The notes: a model not told the origin generated them from the letters alone. Shown: positions 28,415 to 40,271, numbered from the stretch's first letter. The stretch is DNA of 64,000 bases from Ignavibacteriota bacterium (GCA_963787835.1 CAWBEI010000003.1:160001-224000); one strand, 5' to 3'. Numbers and translations are program-made.

Positions 28415-31400
28415 ATGCCAACTCCGAACGAACTTCGATTATTCCTATCCTCCACCTTCATCGACTTTCAGGCTGAGAGAGATTTTTTAACCAAAAAAGT
28501 TTTCCCGGGTTTACGGACTCTTTGCCGCGATCGTGGCGTGGAGTTCACGGAGATCGACCTGCGTTGGGGCCTCACGCAAGAAGATGCCGAACAAGGCCGG
28601 ATCATCGGAACGTGTCTTCAGGAGATCGATAATTGCCGGCCTTTTTTTATTGGCCTTCTTGGTGAGCGTTATGGCTGGGTTCCACCCATCGAGGAGCTTG
28701 GGAAAGATCCAGAGCTTCGGAAAGATCATCCCTGGCTTGAAACATCCTTCGGAGCGGGTCAAAGCGTAACGGAGATGGAGTTCCGGCATGGATTTCTGAA
28801 TCATGCCTCCTGGCCAGCACGTCCCCTTATCTATTTTCGCTCGTTATCCGCCGGACCTCCGGAGGAACATCAAGTAACCAATCTGAAGAACGAAGTGGTA
28901 CAGCGGCTCGGCACGGTTCCCGTCTTCAGCACGCCCGCCGAACTCGCAACCATGATCGAGAAGGATCTTATCCAACTCATCGAAACCAATTGGCCTGCCG
29001 CCGAGAAGAATTCCTGGCTCGATGAAGAGCGTGCCGGTCATGCGGCCTTTGCTCATTCCAGACGCAAGGGATATGTTGCCAATCCTTCCGTAATAGACGC
29101 GCTCAACACACAGCTCGACCAACCAGACTCAATTACGGTGGTTACAGGTGAATCGGGATCTGGAAAAAGCTCCCTACTCTCCTATTGGGCGGAAAGTCTG
29201 CGAGCCCGAGATCCTGGTCTGTTCATTATCGAGCATTACATCGGCGTAACCGCTGCCAGTACTGATCCAGACACGCTCATGCGCAGGATCGTCGAAGAGA
29301 TCAAGGAACGCATTCATTCCGACGACCCCGTTCCACAGTCTGCAACGGAGCTGGAGCAATCGTTTCCTTCGTGGCTCGGACGGATGACGGGAGAACGATT
29401 GGTGATCGTTATTGACGCGATCAATCAACTCAATCCGAATGATCGCTCTTCGCATGAAGGACGGTTCTTAGCGTGGTTGCCAGATTATCTCCAAAATAAT
29501 ATCCGATGGGTGATCTCTTCCACACAAAGTGAAGCTCTCGACCGTCTTCGAGATCGAAGCCGGATCACAGGACTTCCACTTCCGGAGATCGCCGTAACCC
29601 CTATCACCGTGCCGGAGCGGCGCAGAGTTCTACAAACATTTCTTGCCAGCTACCAAAAGAAGTTAAGCCGAAAACAGGAGGAGCAAATTGTCAACGACGA
29701 AAAATCTTCCGCCGCTCTTCCTGCGCACACTGCTTGAAGAGTTACGAGTCCAAGGCAAGCACTTTGAGTTAGACCACTATATCGCCCACTATCTTGAATC
29801 CTTCGATATTCCAGATCTCTTCTCGAGAATCCTGGAACGATTGGAATTTGATTACGGAACAGAAGAAATCCAAACGCTGCTCACCCGGATATGGGCTGCA
29901 CCGCAAGGACTTTCCGAATCGGAGATCATCGAGTCGAGTAACCTAGACAGAGCTACCCTTTCCCTCCTGCTTCACGCATTTGATTTTCACCTTATCCGCG
30001 TAAAGGGACGGTTGAGCTTTTTCCATGATTATCTTCGAACGGCCGTGGAAGGGCGCTATCTCAACCAGTCCCTGAAAAAGCAGGAAGCCTGGAAGGAACT
30101 TGCTCTCTATTTTCAGGATACCGAAGCTTCCTCGATCAAAGCGCTTTCGTTGCCGTGGCTTTTAAGTAAAGCCGAACAGTGGCATCTGCTTATGGAGGCG
30201 TTGCTCGATCTCAACCTTGTTCCGTTCATGACGGAGGGTTCCCGGTCGTACGATCTCTTAAGTTATTGGAATGCGTTGGAAAAGCGGGAAGAATCTGTTG
30301 CAGCTTCCAGAGCGAACAAGGACACCGACACATCCTCACAAGCGCATTGGCATATCGATGTCGTTGGAAAGTATGAGTCCGCTCTTACACAACATCCTGA
30401 CATGGTCGATGCTTCTAAAGAGTCCTCTCTTCGTTATGCGCTCGCCTTGTTTTTTAGGAATGCCGGATGGTATGAAGGCGCTGTCACTAATGCTGCTAAA
30501 GCGCTAGAACTAAGTGAAAGCAAGCTCCGGACTGCCGACAACCATTTATCAGACGATGCTTCCACACTCTTTTTCAAGATCGATATTTGCCTGGAACTTG
30601 GGAAAGCGTATCTCGATCGTGGCGATCTGATACATGCTTCGGAAACATTGGAAAAGGCTATGCGCTTGCTGGATCCTGACTGGACTCCCGATCAGGCCCA
30701 ACGAGCGATCAGTTCCGTTGGGCAAGCGAGTTACCCCGCTGGCTTCGAACTGCGAAGAATAAACGTGCGAAACGAATATGCACGTCTTCTGAAAGATCAG
30801 GGCAAGTATGCCGACGCGGAAGGCGTCTCTCAAATTACGTTGAATGCAGCCCAGGAGCGGTTCGGCTCCGCGCATTCAACTACACAGAACGAGATGCGGC
30901 TTCTGGCAGAGATCATGACGCTTGAAGGCAAATTTAATGAGGCGGAAGCCATGCATCGAGCACTTCTGAAAAGCGTTGAAGTCTCACTTGGGCCTGAAAG
31001 CCTTGATGTTGCGTATTACTTGAACGCTTTTGCGGATTTTTTTAAACTCCGTTCTTCTTCAATTCCTTCAACAAAGGATGGAAGGCCACAGTCTGGAGAG
31101 TATTACGAAGAGGCACAACAGCTGCTTGAAAGAGCAGTCGCGATCATCGAAAGCCGACTTGGTGAAAAACATCCAGATCTTGGCGCGCTCCTGAACAATT
31201 TTGCTGCACTTCATTCCCAAAATGGAAATTGGGAAAAAGCGGAACCACTTTTTTTACGCGGCCTGGCGATCGACGAGGTTGTCCATGGACCGGAACATCT
31301 AAGAACTGGATACAGTCTAAACAACTATGCTGTCTTCCTTTATATTCAAGGCAAATATGAACAAGCTGAAATTCCATACCGCCGGGCACTCACGATATGG

Positions 31401-31868
31401 CGCAAAGCCTTAGGTGAAGATCATCCTGGTACGGCAAATGGCTATAATAATCTGGCCAATCTTTTGAGAAAGCTGAATCGATATGAGGAAGCGGAAGAGT
31501 GCTATGCAAATGCACTCCGGATTCGATTGGCAACCATCGGCCCAGTGCATATCGAGACTGCGCGAACCTATGAGGGCTATGGCGGGCTAATGCGAACGAC
31601 GGGCAAACTCGATATGGCGGAAGACTTCCTTAACCGTTGCTACGAAGCCAGAAAACAAAGTATTGGCCCCGCAAAACACGACACAATATTTGTGGCACTC
31701 ACACTAACTGAAGTGCTTCTGGAAGAGGCAAAACCGGATGCTGCGAGAAATATCCTTGATGAAGTGATACGATTTATCGGTTCAGAAGATGCCATTCCTG
31801 ATGCACTCAAGGAAAAATTTGAGCATGTGGCGAAGCAACTCCACATGCCTACGGAGAGTGTCATCTAA
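28415..31868 (+). CDS. DUF4062-NACHT/STAND ATPase-TPR protein (NLR-like); frameshift at ~29710
   Basis: FLSSTF..ERD..DLRWG..CLQEID..LGERYGW..SVTEME (DUF4062); Walker A GESGSGKS; Walker B IVIDAINQ; PLFLRTLLEELR just after the shift; HPxxxxxxNNxA TPRs. Confidence 0.85.
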
Positions 31869-32018
31869 TAGAAACTTTGCTTAGTACCATAGAAAATTCG
31901 GAACGGGAGACACGCGCAAGAAGTTTGAAGGCCTCACTTACCTCCTGCCCAGTGCAGAAGGTACGAACGCCGATCATTATCCTATTTTTAGCCCATGATC
32001 GGCAAAACATACGCATTT

Positions 32019-32103
32019 GGAGAGGTGGCAGAGTGGTCGAATGCGGCAGTCTCGAAAACTGTTGTACCTTCGGGTACCGTGAGTTCGAATCTCACCCTCT
32101 CCG
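32019..32103 (+). tRNA. tRNA-Ser (anticodon CGA)
   Basis: GGAGAGG/CCTCTCC acceptor stem, anticodon arm GCAGT-CT-CGA-AA-ACTGT, long variable arm, T-loop GTTCGAATC, discriminator G; CCA not encoded. Confidence 0.96.
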
Positions 32104-32423
32104 CAGTCCTTTTTCTCTAAATTATGGTTATTGAGCCAACTTTAGTGTCTTCCCAGATAAAACCCCTTCAAATACACTCAATCCACACTTTTTGATCTGG
32201 GATGAAATCGCAAATCTCCTATGCAGGCAATTAAGAATTAGAACGGACGAATCCATCTGAGGCTTGCCTGCTAAAATAGTCTATTCGCGATCCAGAGACT
32301 ATTGACTGAATGGAACAAATCCAGTCACCACCACGTACTTCTGTTCGAATTTTGGCAATGAGCACTTCTTTATAATAAATGTGTGTGCTCATAAATCTGT
32401 TTCATCTACCTTACTTTACCCGC

Positions 32424-33137
32424 ATGAAAACTTGTCGTTTCCTGTTCCCAGCAATTTTTATTCTCTTGAGCTTTTCCGCAGTCCACGCTCAGACCGTCGA
32501 TGACATTATCTCGAAACACATCACCGCGATTGGTGGCGCAGATGCCTGGAAAAAAATTAATTCCGTAAAACTTGTTGGTTCCGTCACCACCCAACAAGGT
32601 ATGGATATTACTGTTAGCATTATGGGAGTTCAAAATAAAGAAGCTCGCACCGAGATAACCATGATGGGAATGACCGGATATACCATCAGCACGCCCACCA
32701 GCGGTTGGGTGTATATGCCATTTGGTGGGCAGCAAAAACCCGAAGCATTAACTGCCGATCAAGTTAAGGATGTGCAAGATCAACTCGATTTTCAGGGCGC
32801 GCTTATCGATTACATGCAAAAAGGTTACACCGCCGAGTTAGTCGGCAAGGAGGATGTCGAAGGGACCGAGTGCTGGAAGGTGAAGCTGAACATGAAAAAT
32901 GGTAAGGTAAGAACGGATTATTTCGACCCCGATAGTTACTTCCTCATCCGAGAAGTCGATAAAACAATGGTGGATGGAAAAGAACAAGAATCAACAGTCG
33001 ATTACAGCAACTTCCAAAAACTTCCCGAAGGCATTACCTTCCCTATGACCATGAATAACGGCCAGGGAGATTTTGTGATCAAGAAAGCAGAGATCAATAT
33101 CCCGCTTGCCGATAGCCTTTTTAAGGCCCCGCAATAA
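32424..33137 (+). CDS. Secreted LolA-like / outer-membrane lipoprotein-sorting family protein
   Basis: Signal peptide then QTVDDIISKHITAIGG; ELVGKEDVEGTECWKV; YFDPDSYFLIR. Confidence 0.75.
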   Translation: MKTCRFLFPAIFILLSFSAVHAQTVDDIISKHITAIGGADAWKKINSVKLVGSVTTQQGMDITVSIMGVQNKEARTEITMMGMTGYTISTPTSGWVYMPFGGQQKPEALTADQVKDVQDQLDFQGALIDYMQKGYTAELVGKEDVEGTECWKVKLNMKNGKVRTDYFDPDSYFLIREVDKTMVDGKEQESTVDYSNFQKLPEGITFPMTMNNGQGDFVIKKAEINIPLADSLFKAPQ

Positions 33138-33228
33138 TAATGTTCCAGCAATGTTATTCCCCGCGAAAGTGGAAATGACATTCCGTACCATTCGCATGGA
33201 TTTTAAGTTACTCATCCTGTCAATCAAA

Positions 33229-36200
33229 ATGAAGTATTGTTTACCGTTTTTTCTCCTCTTTTTTCTCAGCACCTCTGCAGGAGCCCAAACCAAGATCAAT
33301 TCCTCCACCTTCGGTATGATGGAGGCACGCCATTTGGGTCCCGGCACCATGAGCGGTCGGATCACCGCTATCGCCGGAGACGATAGCGACGGAAAAACCA
33401 TCTACATTGGAACTGCGGGCGGTGGAGTATGGAAGACCACCAATGCCGGCGTCTCCTTGAAGTCTATGTTCGATAAGTATTGCCAGAGCATCGGAGCGAT
33501 CGCGGTCGATCAGAGGCATCATGGCGTCGTGTATGCGGGAACGGGCGAGAGCAATATGCGAAATTCCGTCTCTGTTGGGGATGGATTGTACCGCACAGAT
33601 GACGGTGGTGAGAATTGGGTGAAGGTCGGTCTTGACAGCACGGAGCATATCTCAAAGATCGTGATCGATCCTAAACATTCGAATGTCATCTATGTAGCAG
33701 CCCCCGGCCCACTTTGGAATGACAGCAAACAGCGTGGATTATATAAATCCACGGACGATGGAAAGACGTGGGATAAAGTTCTCTACATTAATGAGAAAAC
33801 AGGCTGCGCCGATATAGCCGTCGATCCCGTGAATACGAATATCGTTTATGCGACGACATGGGAATTCCGTCGCACACCCTACTCCTTTAACTCCGGTGGC
33901 GATGGAAGTGGAATGTATAAATCTACCGACGCCGGAAAAACGTGGAACGAACTGAAGAACGGCCTCCCACCAAAACCATTTGGCCGCATCGCGCTGGCAC
34001 TTTCGCCAAGCGCGCCGAATGATCTGGTCGCGATTGTCGAATCCAAGGAAACCGGACTATACCTCTCTCGAGATGGTGGTGCATCATGGAAACAGCAATC
34101 GTCCACACTCAATGTTACGGCGCGCCCGTTCTATTTTTCGACGATCATGTTCGACCCTCTCGATTCAATGCGTGTGTATCGTCCCGCATTCGAGTTTGCC
34201 TACTCCAACGATGGAGGATATTCCTTTGACGACGCCAGTGGTGATGGCGGCTGGATCCATAGTGACATGCATGCCCTCTGGATCAACCCCAAAAATACGA
34301 ATCAGCTCTATTTGGGAACCGACGGCGGAGTGTATCTTAGTTTGGATAAGGGCGGCTCATGGATATTCCTTCAATCGCTTCCGGTTGGACAGTTCTACCA
34401 TGTAGCCATCGACGAGGCTGATCCCTACCGCATGTACGGGGGATTGCAGGATAATGGTAGCTGGGTAGGACCATCCTCAGCACCGGGGGGAGTTGGGAAC
34501 TCAAACTGGATGGCGATCAATGGCGGCGATGGCTTTTGGGCACAGCCCGATCCGAACGATTCGGATATCGCTTATGCCGAGTCCCAGGGAGGTGAAGCGA
34601 ACAGAATTGATCTTAAGACAACAAAATCTGTCAGCATAAAACCTCAGGAAGCTCAGGGTGAAGAAAAGCTCCGATGGAATTGGAACACTCCGATCGTAAC
34701 CGGTGTCAAGGGAACCCATAATCTTTACATGGGCGCGCAGTATCTTTACCGGTCCACCAATCAAGGCAGGAATTGGGACAAGTTATCTCCCGATCTGACA
34801 ACCAATGATAAGTCGATGCAGCAACAAGATTCCAGCGGAGGGTTGAGCGCGGACAATACTTCAGCGGAAAACCACTGCACGATCTTCACTATTGCCGAAT
34901 CCCCATTTGACGACCAAAATATCTGGGCGGGCACCGACGATGGCAATTTGCAGGTCACGACTAATGGCGGAAAATCATGGACGAATGTTGCGAAGAATGT
35001 TGCTGATTGTGGTGTCGCAGCGCAATCATGGGTCAGCAGTATCGAGCCTTCCCGTTTTGACAAGCGAACGGTCTATGCCACCTTCGATAATCACATGATG
35101 GGTGATATGCGAACCTATCTCGCAAAAACGACCGATATGGGTGTGACCTGGCACATGATCTCCAGTACCGAGTTCACTGGTTTTGCCCATAAGATCAAAG
35201 AAGATCTTGTCAATAAGGATCTGCTTTTTCTGGGAACCGAGATGGGGTTATTCGCCACGCTCGATGGCGGCTCGAACTGGTTCAGAATGAAGAATAATAT
35301 CCCTTGGTATGTTTCCGTGCGAGATATTCAGATCCATCCGAAAACCCATGACTTGATTCTCGCTACGCATGGCAGGGGAGTTATCGTCGTCGATGACATC
35401 ACTCCGATGCGCTCCTTAACCCGCGACATTATTGATAAAGACGTGTATCTGGTTCCAACGGAGCCGATCATTCTCAGCAATGGCAAATTCGGCGACGGAG
35501 GGTTCCCGAGCACCGGCGGATGGAATTCTGGAAATTCCCCATCTTCCTACCCTGCTCCCATTCAATACTATTTGAAAGACCGGATTAATACCGGTAATGC
35601 CAATCTTGAGATCTTCGATGCCAATGGTAAGCTGATCCAGATACTTCCAGCATCAAAGCGCAAGGGAATCAATAAAGTCAACTGGAATTTACGAATGAAG
35701 CCCCCGGCCGTTGCAACCGGTGGTACAAAGCTCGATGGAGGTGGCTTCCTCGGGCCGATGGTGATGCCTGGTATCTACACCGTAAAGCTTATCATTGGAG
35801 ATAAAGCATATACCAGCCAATTAACGCTTGTCCATGATTCCGCCAACAAAAATTTTTCGTTCGAGGACCGGGCGCTTCAATTTGATGTCGCAATGCAATG
35901 TTACACAATGCATGAACGGCTGGCTCATGTTGTCGATGACATCAATGCAAAGCAAAAATGGATCAAACAGCAATTGGATTCCGTCAAGGACGAAAACACA
36001 AAAAAACGCCTCACGGAATTTAACGGCAAGCTTGAAAACTTGAGAACAACTCTGCTTGCCTCAAAGCAAAAATCCATTTTCGCCGATGAAAAGAAATTGC
36101 GTGAAGACATCAGCGATGTCTATGGCTCCGTGGCGGGAAGCGAAGCACGGCCTTCCAATCTTCAGATCGATCGTGTCAAGGTGTTGCAAGATCGTGTTGC

Positions 36201-36261
36201 CAAAGCAGAAAAGGATGACCTCGCTCTCAATGCGGAGTATCAGCCTTCGCTAAAATTCTGA
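33229..36261 (+). CDS. VPS10/sortilin-like BNR-repeat glycoside hydrolase
   Basis: RHLGPGTMSGRITAI, GGVWKT, many S/TxDxGxxW boxes, GGLQDNGSW, RWNWNTP, ATHGRG; helical C-terminus. Confidence 0.88.
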   Translation: MKYCLPFFLLFFLSTSAGAQTKINSSTFGMMEARHLGPGTMSGRITAIAGDDSDGKTIYIGTAGGGVWKTTNAGVSLKSMFDKYCQSIGAIAVDQRHHGVVYAGTGESNMRNSVSVGDGLYRTDDGGENWVKVGLDSTEHISKIVIDPKHSNVIYVAAPGPLWNDSKQRGLYKSTDDGKTWDKVLYINEKTGCADIAVDPVNTNIVYATTWEFRRTPYSFNSGGDGSGMYKSTDAGKTWNELKNGLPPKPFGRIALALSPSAPNDLVAIVESKETGLYLSRDGGASWKQQSSTLNVTARPFYFSTIMFDPLDSMRVYRPAFEFAYSNDGGYSFDDASGDGGWIHSDMHALWINPKNTNQLYLGTDGGVYLSLDKGGSWIFLQSLPVGQFYHVAIDEADPYRMYGGLQDNGSWVGPSSAPGGVGNSNWMAINGGDGFWAQPDPNDSDIAYAESQGGEANRIDLKTTKSVSIKPQEAQGEEKLRWNWNTPIVTGVKGTHNLYMGAQYLYRSTNQGRNWDKLSPDLTTNDKSMQQQDSSGGLSADNTSAENHCTIFTIAESPFDDQNIWAGTDDGNLQVTTNGGKSWTNVAKNVADCGVAAQSWVSSIEPSRFDKRTVYATFDNHMMGDMRTYLAKTTDMGVTWHMISSTEFTGFAHKIKEDLVNKDLLFLGTEMGLFATLDGGSNWFRMKNNIPWYVSVRDIQIHPKTHDLILATHGRGVIVVDDITPMRSLTRDIIDKDVYLVPTEPIILSNGKFGDGGFPSTGGWNSGNSPSSYPAPIQYYLKDRINTGNANLEIFDANGKLIQILPASKRKGINKVNWNLRMKPPAVATGGTKLDGGGFLGPMVMPGIYTVKLIIGDKAYTSQLTLVHDSANKNFSFEDRALQFDVAMQCYTMHERLAHVVDDINAKQKWIKQQLDSVKDENTKKRLTEFNGKLENLRTTLLASKQKSIFADEKKLREDISDVYGSVAGSEARPSNLQIDRVKVLQDRVAKAEKDDLALNAEYQPSLKF

Positions 36262-36293
36262 TACGGCAATATAACTTTGATCTTGGCCCTGCA

Positions 36294-37598
36294 CTATCGC
36301 GCTTCAAGTTTCCTCACTGCAAATAACGAAGCAACCGAGAGTGCCAACACCAGCCCATAGAGTATGCCGTATCCTGCAAGATCGAGCAACGCGCCCGCTA
36401 AGGCCGTCAACATAAGTGGCAACGACATCAAGCTGTTGAAAAGGCCAATGTAAGTCGAGCGGTCGTGCTCGGGGCTGATCTCGATGATATAGGTCATTCC
36501 ACCGATGGATGTACCAGCATCGAATGCCGCCGCGATCGAGAATACGGAGGCATAAAACAATTTCGGAAGAGGCAGCCAAAGGTAGAGTAAGACGATGACC
36601 GGCAGTGCGACGTTGACAATGGTTGCTGCTTCCAGACATACTTTCGCGCTGCGACGATCGGTCAGCCGTTCCCAGAAGAAATTTCCCACGATCGTCCCGA
36701 TGCAATCGGCGGCAACAAACATTCCGAGGTCGCTCGTTTGAAATCCGAGCCGCTTATGTGCAAAGATAACAAGGAAAGGTACGCCGATCGTAGCGGTTGA
36801 CATCAACATTCGTGTGTTGATATAGGTCGAGTAACGCTTGTCTGTCTTGTAGATTTTCCACCCTCCCCGAAAATGCTCCAGGAGGGTTCTCCGGTCGGGA
36901 ACTGTACCCGTCCGTGGCTCGCGCATGAATGCCATAAAACCGAGACCCACGCTCACGATAATGGCGGATGCCAGAAAAACAAAACCGAAATTTGTTGGGA
37001 ATCGAAATCCGGCGAGAAGCAGTGAGATCGCCCCCGCGCCGAGCGTCACGGAAAGGATCGAAGCGAGCGATATGCGAAGCCCAAAGAACCGTCCGCGACG
37101 TTTAGCCGGAATAGTCTTGGCTACAAGTTCCAGGAAGACGACCCCGCTCAGTCCCGACCCTGCCGCAAAGATGGCATACAGCAGCACCGCGAATGCCAGA
37201 AGCACTGCCGCGCTCGGCGACCAAAGGGTAACTGCTGCAAGCGAAAAGAGCGCTGCACCGCGTATCCACCATCCGAACCGATACATTGGAAGTTTTTTCG
37301 GCCAGTGCACCACGAACGATGCTACGATGAACTGTGGCAGATACCAGCCGATCGATTCGAACTGCGAAACAATTCCAATGAGCGCACTCGATGAAGTCAG
37401 GTGCGAAAAAAAACTCGGAATGATCGTCGAATGAGAGATGAACGACGTCCCAAGGCCGTAGAGCGCACCGTTCGTGACTCCTAAACGAAAATTCCGTCGT
37501 TCATTTTTCGCCGACAGTTTCAGGAATTTTGCTTCCTGCGGTGCCGGTTCGCCAGATAATTCTATTCGTGCTTCGGAATCGAATGCAGACTCGGACAT
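36294..37598 (-). CDS. MFS transporter
   Basis: About 12 hydrophobic segments; IPAKRRGRFFG and PEHDRSTYIG loops. Confidence 0.88.
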   Translation of the reverse strand: MSESAFDSEARIELSGEPAPQEAKFLKLSAKNERRNFRLGVTNGALYGLGTSFISHSTIIPSFFSHLTSSSALIGIVSQFESIGWYLPQFIVASFVVHWPKKLPMYRFGWWIRGAALFSLAAVTLWSPSAAVLLAFAVLLYAIFAAGSGLSGVVFLELVAKTIPAKRRGRFFGLRISLASILSVTLGAGAISLLLAGFRFPTNFGFVFLASAIIVSVGLGFMAFMREPRTGTVPDRRTLLEHFRGGWKIYKTDKRYSTYINTRMLMSTATIGVPFLVIFAHKRLGFQTSDLGMFVAADCIGTIVGNFFWERLTDRRSAKVCLEAATIVNVALPVIVLLYLWLPLPKLFYASVFSIAAAFDAGTSIGGMTYIIEISPEHDRSTYIGLFNSLMSLPLMLTALAGALLDLAGYGILYGLVLALSVASLFAVRKLEAR

Positions 37599-37770
37599 AG
37601 TTCAGACGGTCCCCTGCTCTGTCATTCTTATTTGATCATTTGGTTTGTAATTGGACTGTGACGCAGGGAGATCGTCAACGATTTAGATAGAAGCAAAATT
37701 CACAACAAACGGGATATCGTATTGCAATTAGCAATATCTCAGACCTGATCTACCGCGTATCACCTTATCA

Positions 37771-38580
37771 TCACTTAGCTACAATCACACGGCGAGTAAA
37801 TGCCTCTCCATTACTAGTGCGAATCGAGAGAAAATATGTCCCGTTCGAAAGACTGGTAAGATCGAGCGGTGTCTCGCCAGCAAGTACCGCGGATTCGGTA
37901 TGAACGACCCTGCCGGACAGATCAGAAACTTCGATCTGTGCTTCTCCAGAAAGGCTTTTCGAGGAAAGTGTAATCGGGCCACGGGAAGGATTCGGATAAA
38001 TGCTAAGATTGCTTGCAACCTCAGCATTTGATGCCACCCCGGCGGCACTCACGACAGTAATGTTATCAACAATGGTATTCCAATGATCTCCAGCATCCGC
38101 TTCTCCATTATCATTCACGGCGTTACCTGCTGCATAGATGTGAGCTACCCCAGGCGTTGTGGGGGCTGTATATTGAAAGTTCCAAACCGCGCTATCAGTT
38201 CCGGCGGTAAAAACATTTGTCTGAGTATGGGTTAATTCCCCGCCATACGATTGAAGAAGGTTAGATTCTGTGGCATTGATAGAGAGCGTACCACCTTTAC
38301 TGGTCGAAATATCGCACCCTGCTCCTTTTTCAGATGGGTTCGCAACAGAAATTGTAAAGTCATACGTCTGCCCGACAACAATTTGCGGAGCGGAAGTATA
38401 TATTTTCACAACGGTTGCTGTCGATTTAGAACCATGGCAGCTGCAGCCATACGTCGAATAGCCAGTAACGCCAGTACTATACCCTGAAGCCTGGTGAACA
38501 GAGTATGCCGCGATAAGCCCCAGCGGAAGAAGAAGAAAAAATCCCTTCCGAATTCGAAAAAAAAGCTTGGATGAACGCAT
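37771..38580 (-). CDS. Reeler-like (choice-of-anchor V-type) protein with T9SS CTD
   Basis: GCSCHG, ELTH, WNFQYTAP, YAAGNAVN; CTD IYPNPS..GTYFL. Confidence 0.8.
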   Translation of the reverse strand: MRSSKLFFRIRKGFFLLLPLGLIAAYSVHQASGYSTGVTGYSTYGCSCHGSKSTATVVKIYTSAPQIVVGQTYDFTISVANPSEKGAGCDISTSKGGTLSINATESNLLQSYGGELTHTQTNVFTAGTDSAVWNFQYTAPTTPGVAHIYAAGNAVNDNGEADAGDHWNTIVDNITVVSAAGVASNAEVASNLSIYPNPSRGPITLSSKSLSGEAQIEVSDLSGRVVHTESAVLAGETPLDLTSLSNGTYFLSIRTSNGEAFTRRVIVAK

Positions 38581-38867
38581 GAGGTGAACGATCGGCCTGG
38601 TGAAAATAGTAAGCCCTGTAGCCAGAATAAGGATCAATTACTGGCCTCGGTTTGAGGAAGTTTTAAAAGAAGCGCGACCGAGATGTTTTATGAGAATAGT
38701 CTGGTTTGATAGCCTGGAAAACCCGCCTCGAACTGCCAATTCGCCTGTTGAAACAATGGTCGTTTAATCATCTTTTTATTATAACGCCTCATCGCCAATA
38801 TTATAACATCGAAAGCAAAATCTGGTAATAGGAGTATTTGCTGTGCGCATCACCAAGAATGCTTAAT

Positions 38868-39737
38868 TCATCTCTGAATCACAATTCTCCGCGAGAAAGG
38901 CGATCCAATATGCGGCTGAACATTGAGAATGTAAGCACCAGCGGCGATACTTGAAATATCTGCGCTATGTTTGCCATCGAGCGCCATCTGTTGTCCGTAC
39001 CGCACTATGCGGCCAGAGGCGTCTGCCAGTGTGTAGGAACCTTCATCGCCGGGTATGCCATCGCCAATAAAAAGCTCGTTAGATGCTGGATTCGGAAAGA
39101 CCTGAACAGCATTCATCGCGGCAGCAGGTGTAACCCCATCGTTCGCCTGGACAGTAACATAGAATGTGACGTCATTCCAATAATCCGAATCATTCGCCGT
39201 GGAGCTGTCACCATTAACGGCATTACCGGCCACATAGAATGTATCGATACCGGGTGTGGGCCGGGCAGTATAGAGGAACGTCCAAACGGCAGAATCGCTG
39301 TTCGGCCCATTCACATTAAACCACTGTGGAATCGAGTGCGATACTGACCACAAGCCAGAAAGTGCGGTGTCAATATTTGTGAGGAAGGTAGTTGTCGAAC
39401 CGGGCGTTAGTGCAAGCGATGCCGGCGTATCGATGTCAACATCGAATCCCGCAGCCACATCTACTGGATTCGCATTCGCGACGCTGAGGGTCAAGGTGTA
39501 GGTTTTCCCGGCGATCACTTTCGCAGGAGTGTAGAGATTCAGAACAGTTGTGGGCGATGCGAACGGTGCGTGACACGAAGGACCGCCGCAACCACCTAAC
39601 ACTGCGTATCCCGCCACAGCAGATGACCCTGTATAATGGCTGAATACGTCGTGAACGGAGTACCCTGCTACCAGAACAAAAGTGACTAATAAGAGGAGAC
39701 CTTTGCTAAATCCGCGTAATAATCTGGGAAGCTTCAT
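38868..39737 (-). CDS. Reeler-like protein with T9SS CTD, tandem paralogue
   Basis: GCGGPSCH, VSH, WTFLYTA, YVAGNAVN; CTD VFPNPA..GAYIL. Confidence 0.8.
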   Translation of the reverse strand: MKLPRLLRGFSKGLLLLVTFVLVAGYSVHDVFSHYTGSSAVAGYAVLGGCGGPSCHAPFASPTTVLNLYTPAKVIAGKTYTLTLSVANANPVDVAAGFDVDIDTPASLALTPGSTTTFLTNIDTALSGLWSVSHSIPQWFNVNGPNSDSAVWTFLYTARPTPGIDTFYVAGNAVNGDSSTANDSDYWNDVTFYVTVQANDGVTPAAAMNAVQVFPNPASNELFIGDGIPGDEGSYTLADASGRIVRYGQQMALDGKHSADISSIAAGAYILNVQPHIGSPFSRRIVIQR

Positions 39738-39905
39738 GGACGATGTTTTTCTGTTAAGTTTGGGAGAAACCAAATTGTTCGATATGTCTGTAAGATAGAA
39801 GCAGAGTTCGTCGAAACAAGCATCTTCCGCTTATCATTTCCAAACCCTTTTAGGAAAGACACTTCCATCGCCTCCCAAATTACACACCGACTAACAATTT
39901 CACCA

Positions 39906-40271
39906 TTAGCCCGGCAAAAAAAGAAAATGCGTCAGCAGCTTGGCCACAAGATAGATTCCACTGAGCAATAAGATCGCTGCTACAAGAGCTGCAGGTACAA
40001 TGGAGTACTCCCGCACCGTCTCCACCTTATTGATCTCCGAAAGATGATATTCAACATGCCGAGGAGTATCGACCGTAACCCCTTCGATCGTCCCGGCGTG
40101 CCTATTGTACCATCCCAGGTCAGCATTGAATACTACGACCTTGCCATTCTTCAGCATGAGTCTCGAAATGTTCGGAGCTGAAGAAGGCTGTATCTCGCGC
40201 ACGGGCGATACAGCGCGGCAACCCGCAACAAGCATCACCGCAAACACAGCGAAGAACGCCAGACGCTTCAT
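39906..40271 (-). CDS. Hypothetical lipoprotein with C-terminal membrane helix
   Basis: MKRLAFFAVFAVMLVAGC lipobox; hydrophobic C-terminus. Alternative GTG start at 40298. Confidence 0.7.
   Translation of the reverse strand: MKRLAFFAVFAVMLVAGCRAVSPVREIQPSSAPNISRLMLKNGKVVVFNADLGWYNRHAGTIEGVTVDTPRHVEYHLSEINKVETVREYSIVPAALVAAILLLSGIYLVAKLLTHFLFLPG

Noticed and set aside
32019-32103. tRNA-Ser as an integration site for an island
   Set aside because: No integrase and no duplicated tRNA 3' end seen in the window.
31877-32134. 85-aa ORF
   Set aside because: Overlaps the tRNA gene.
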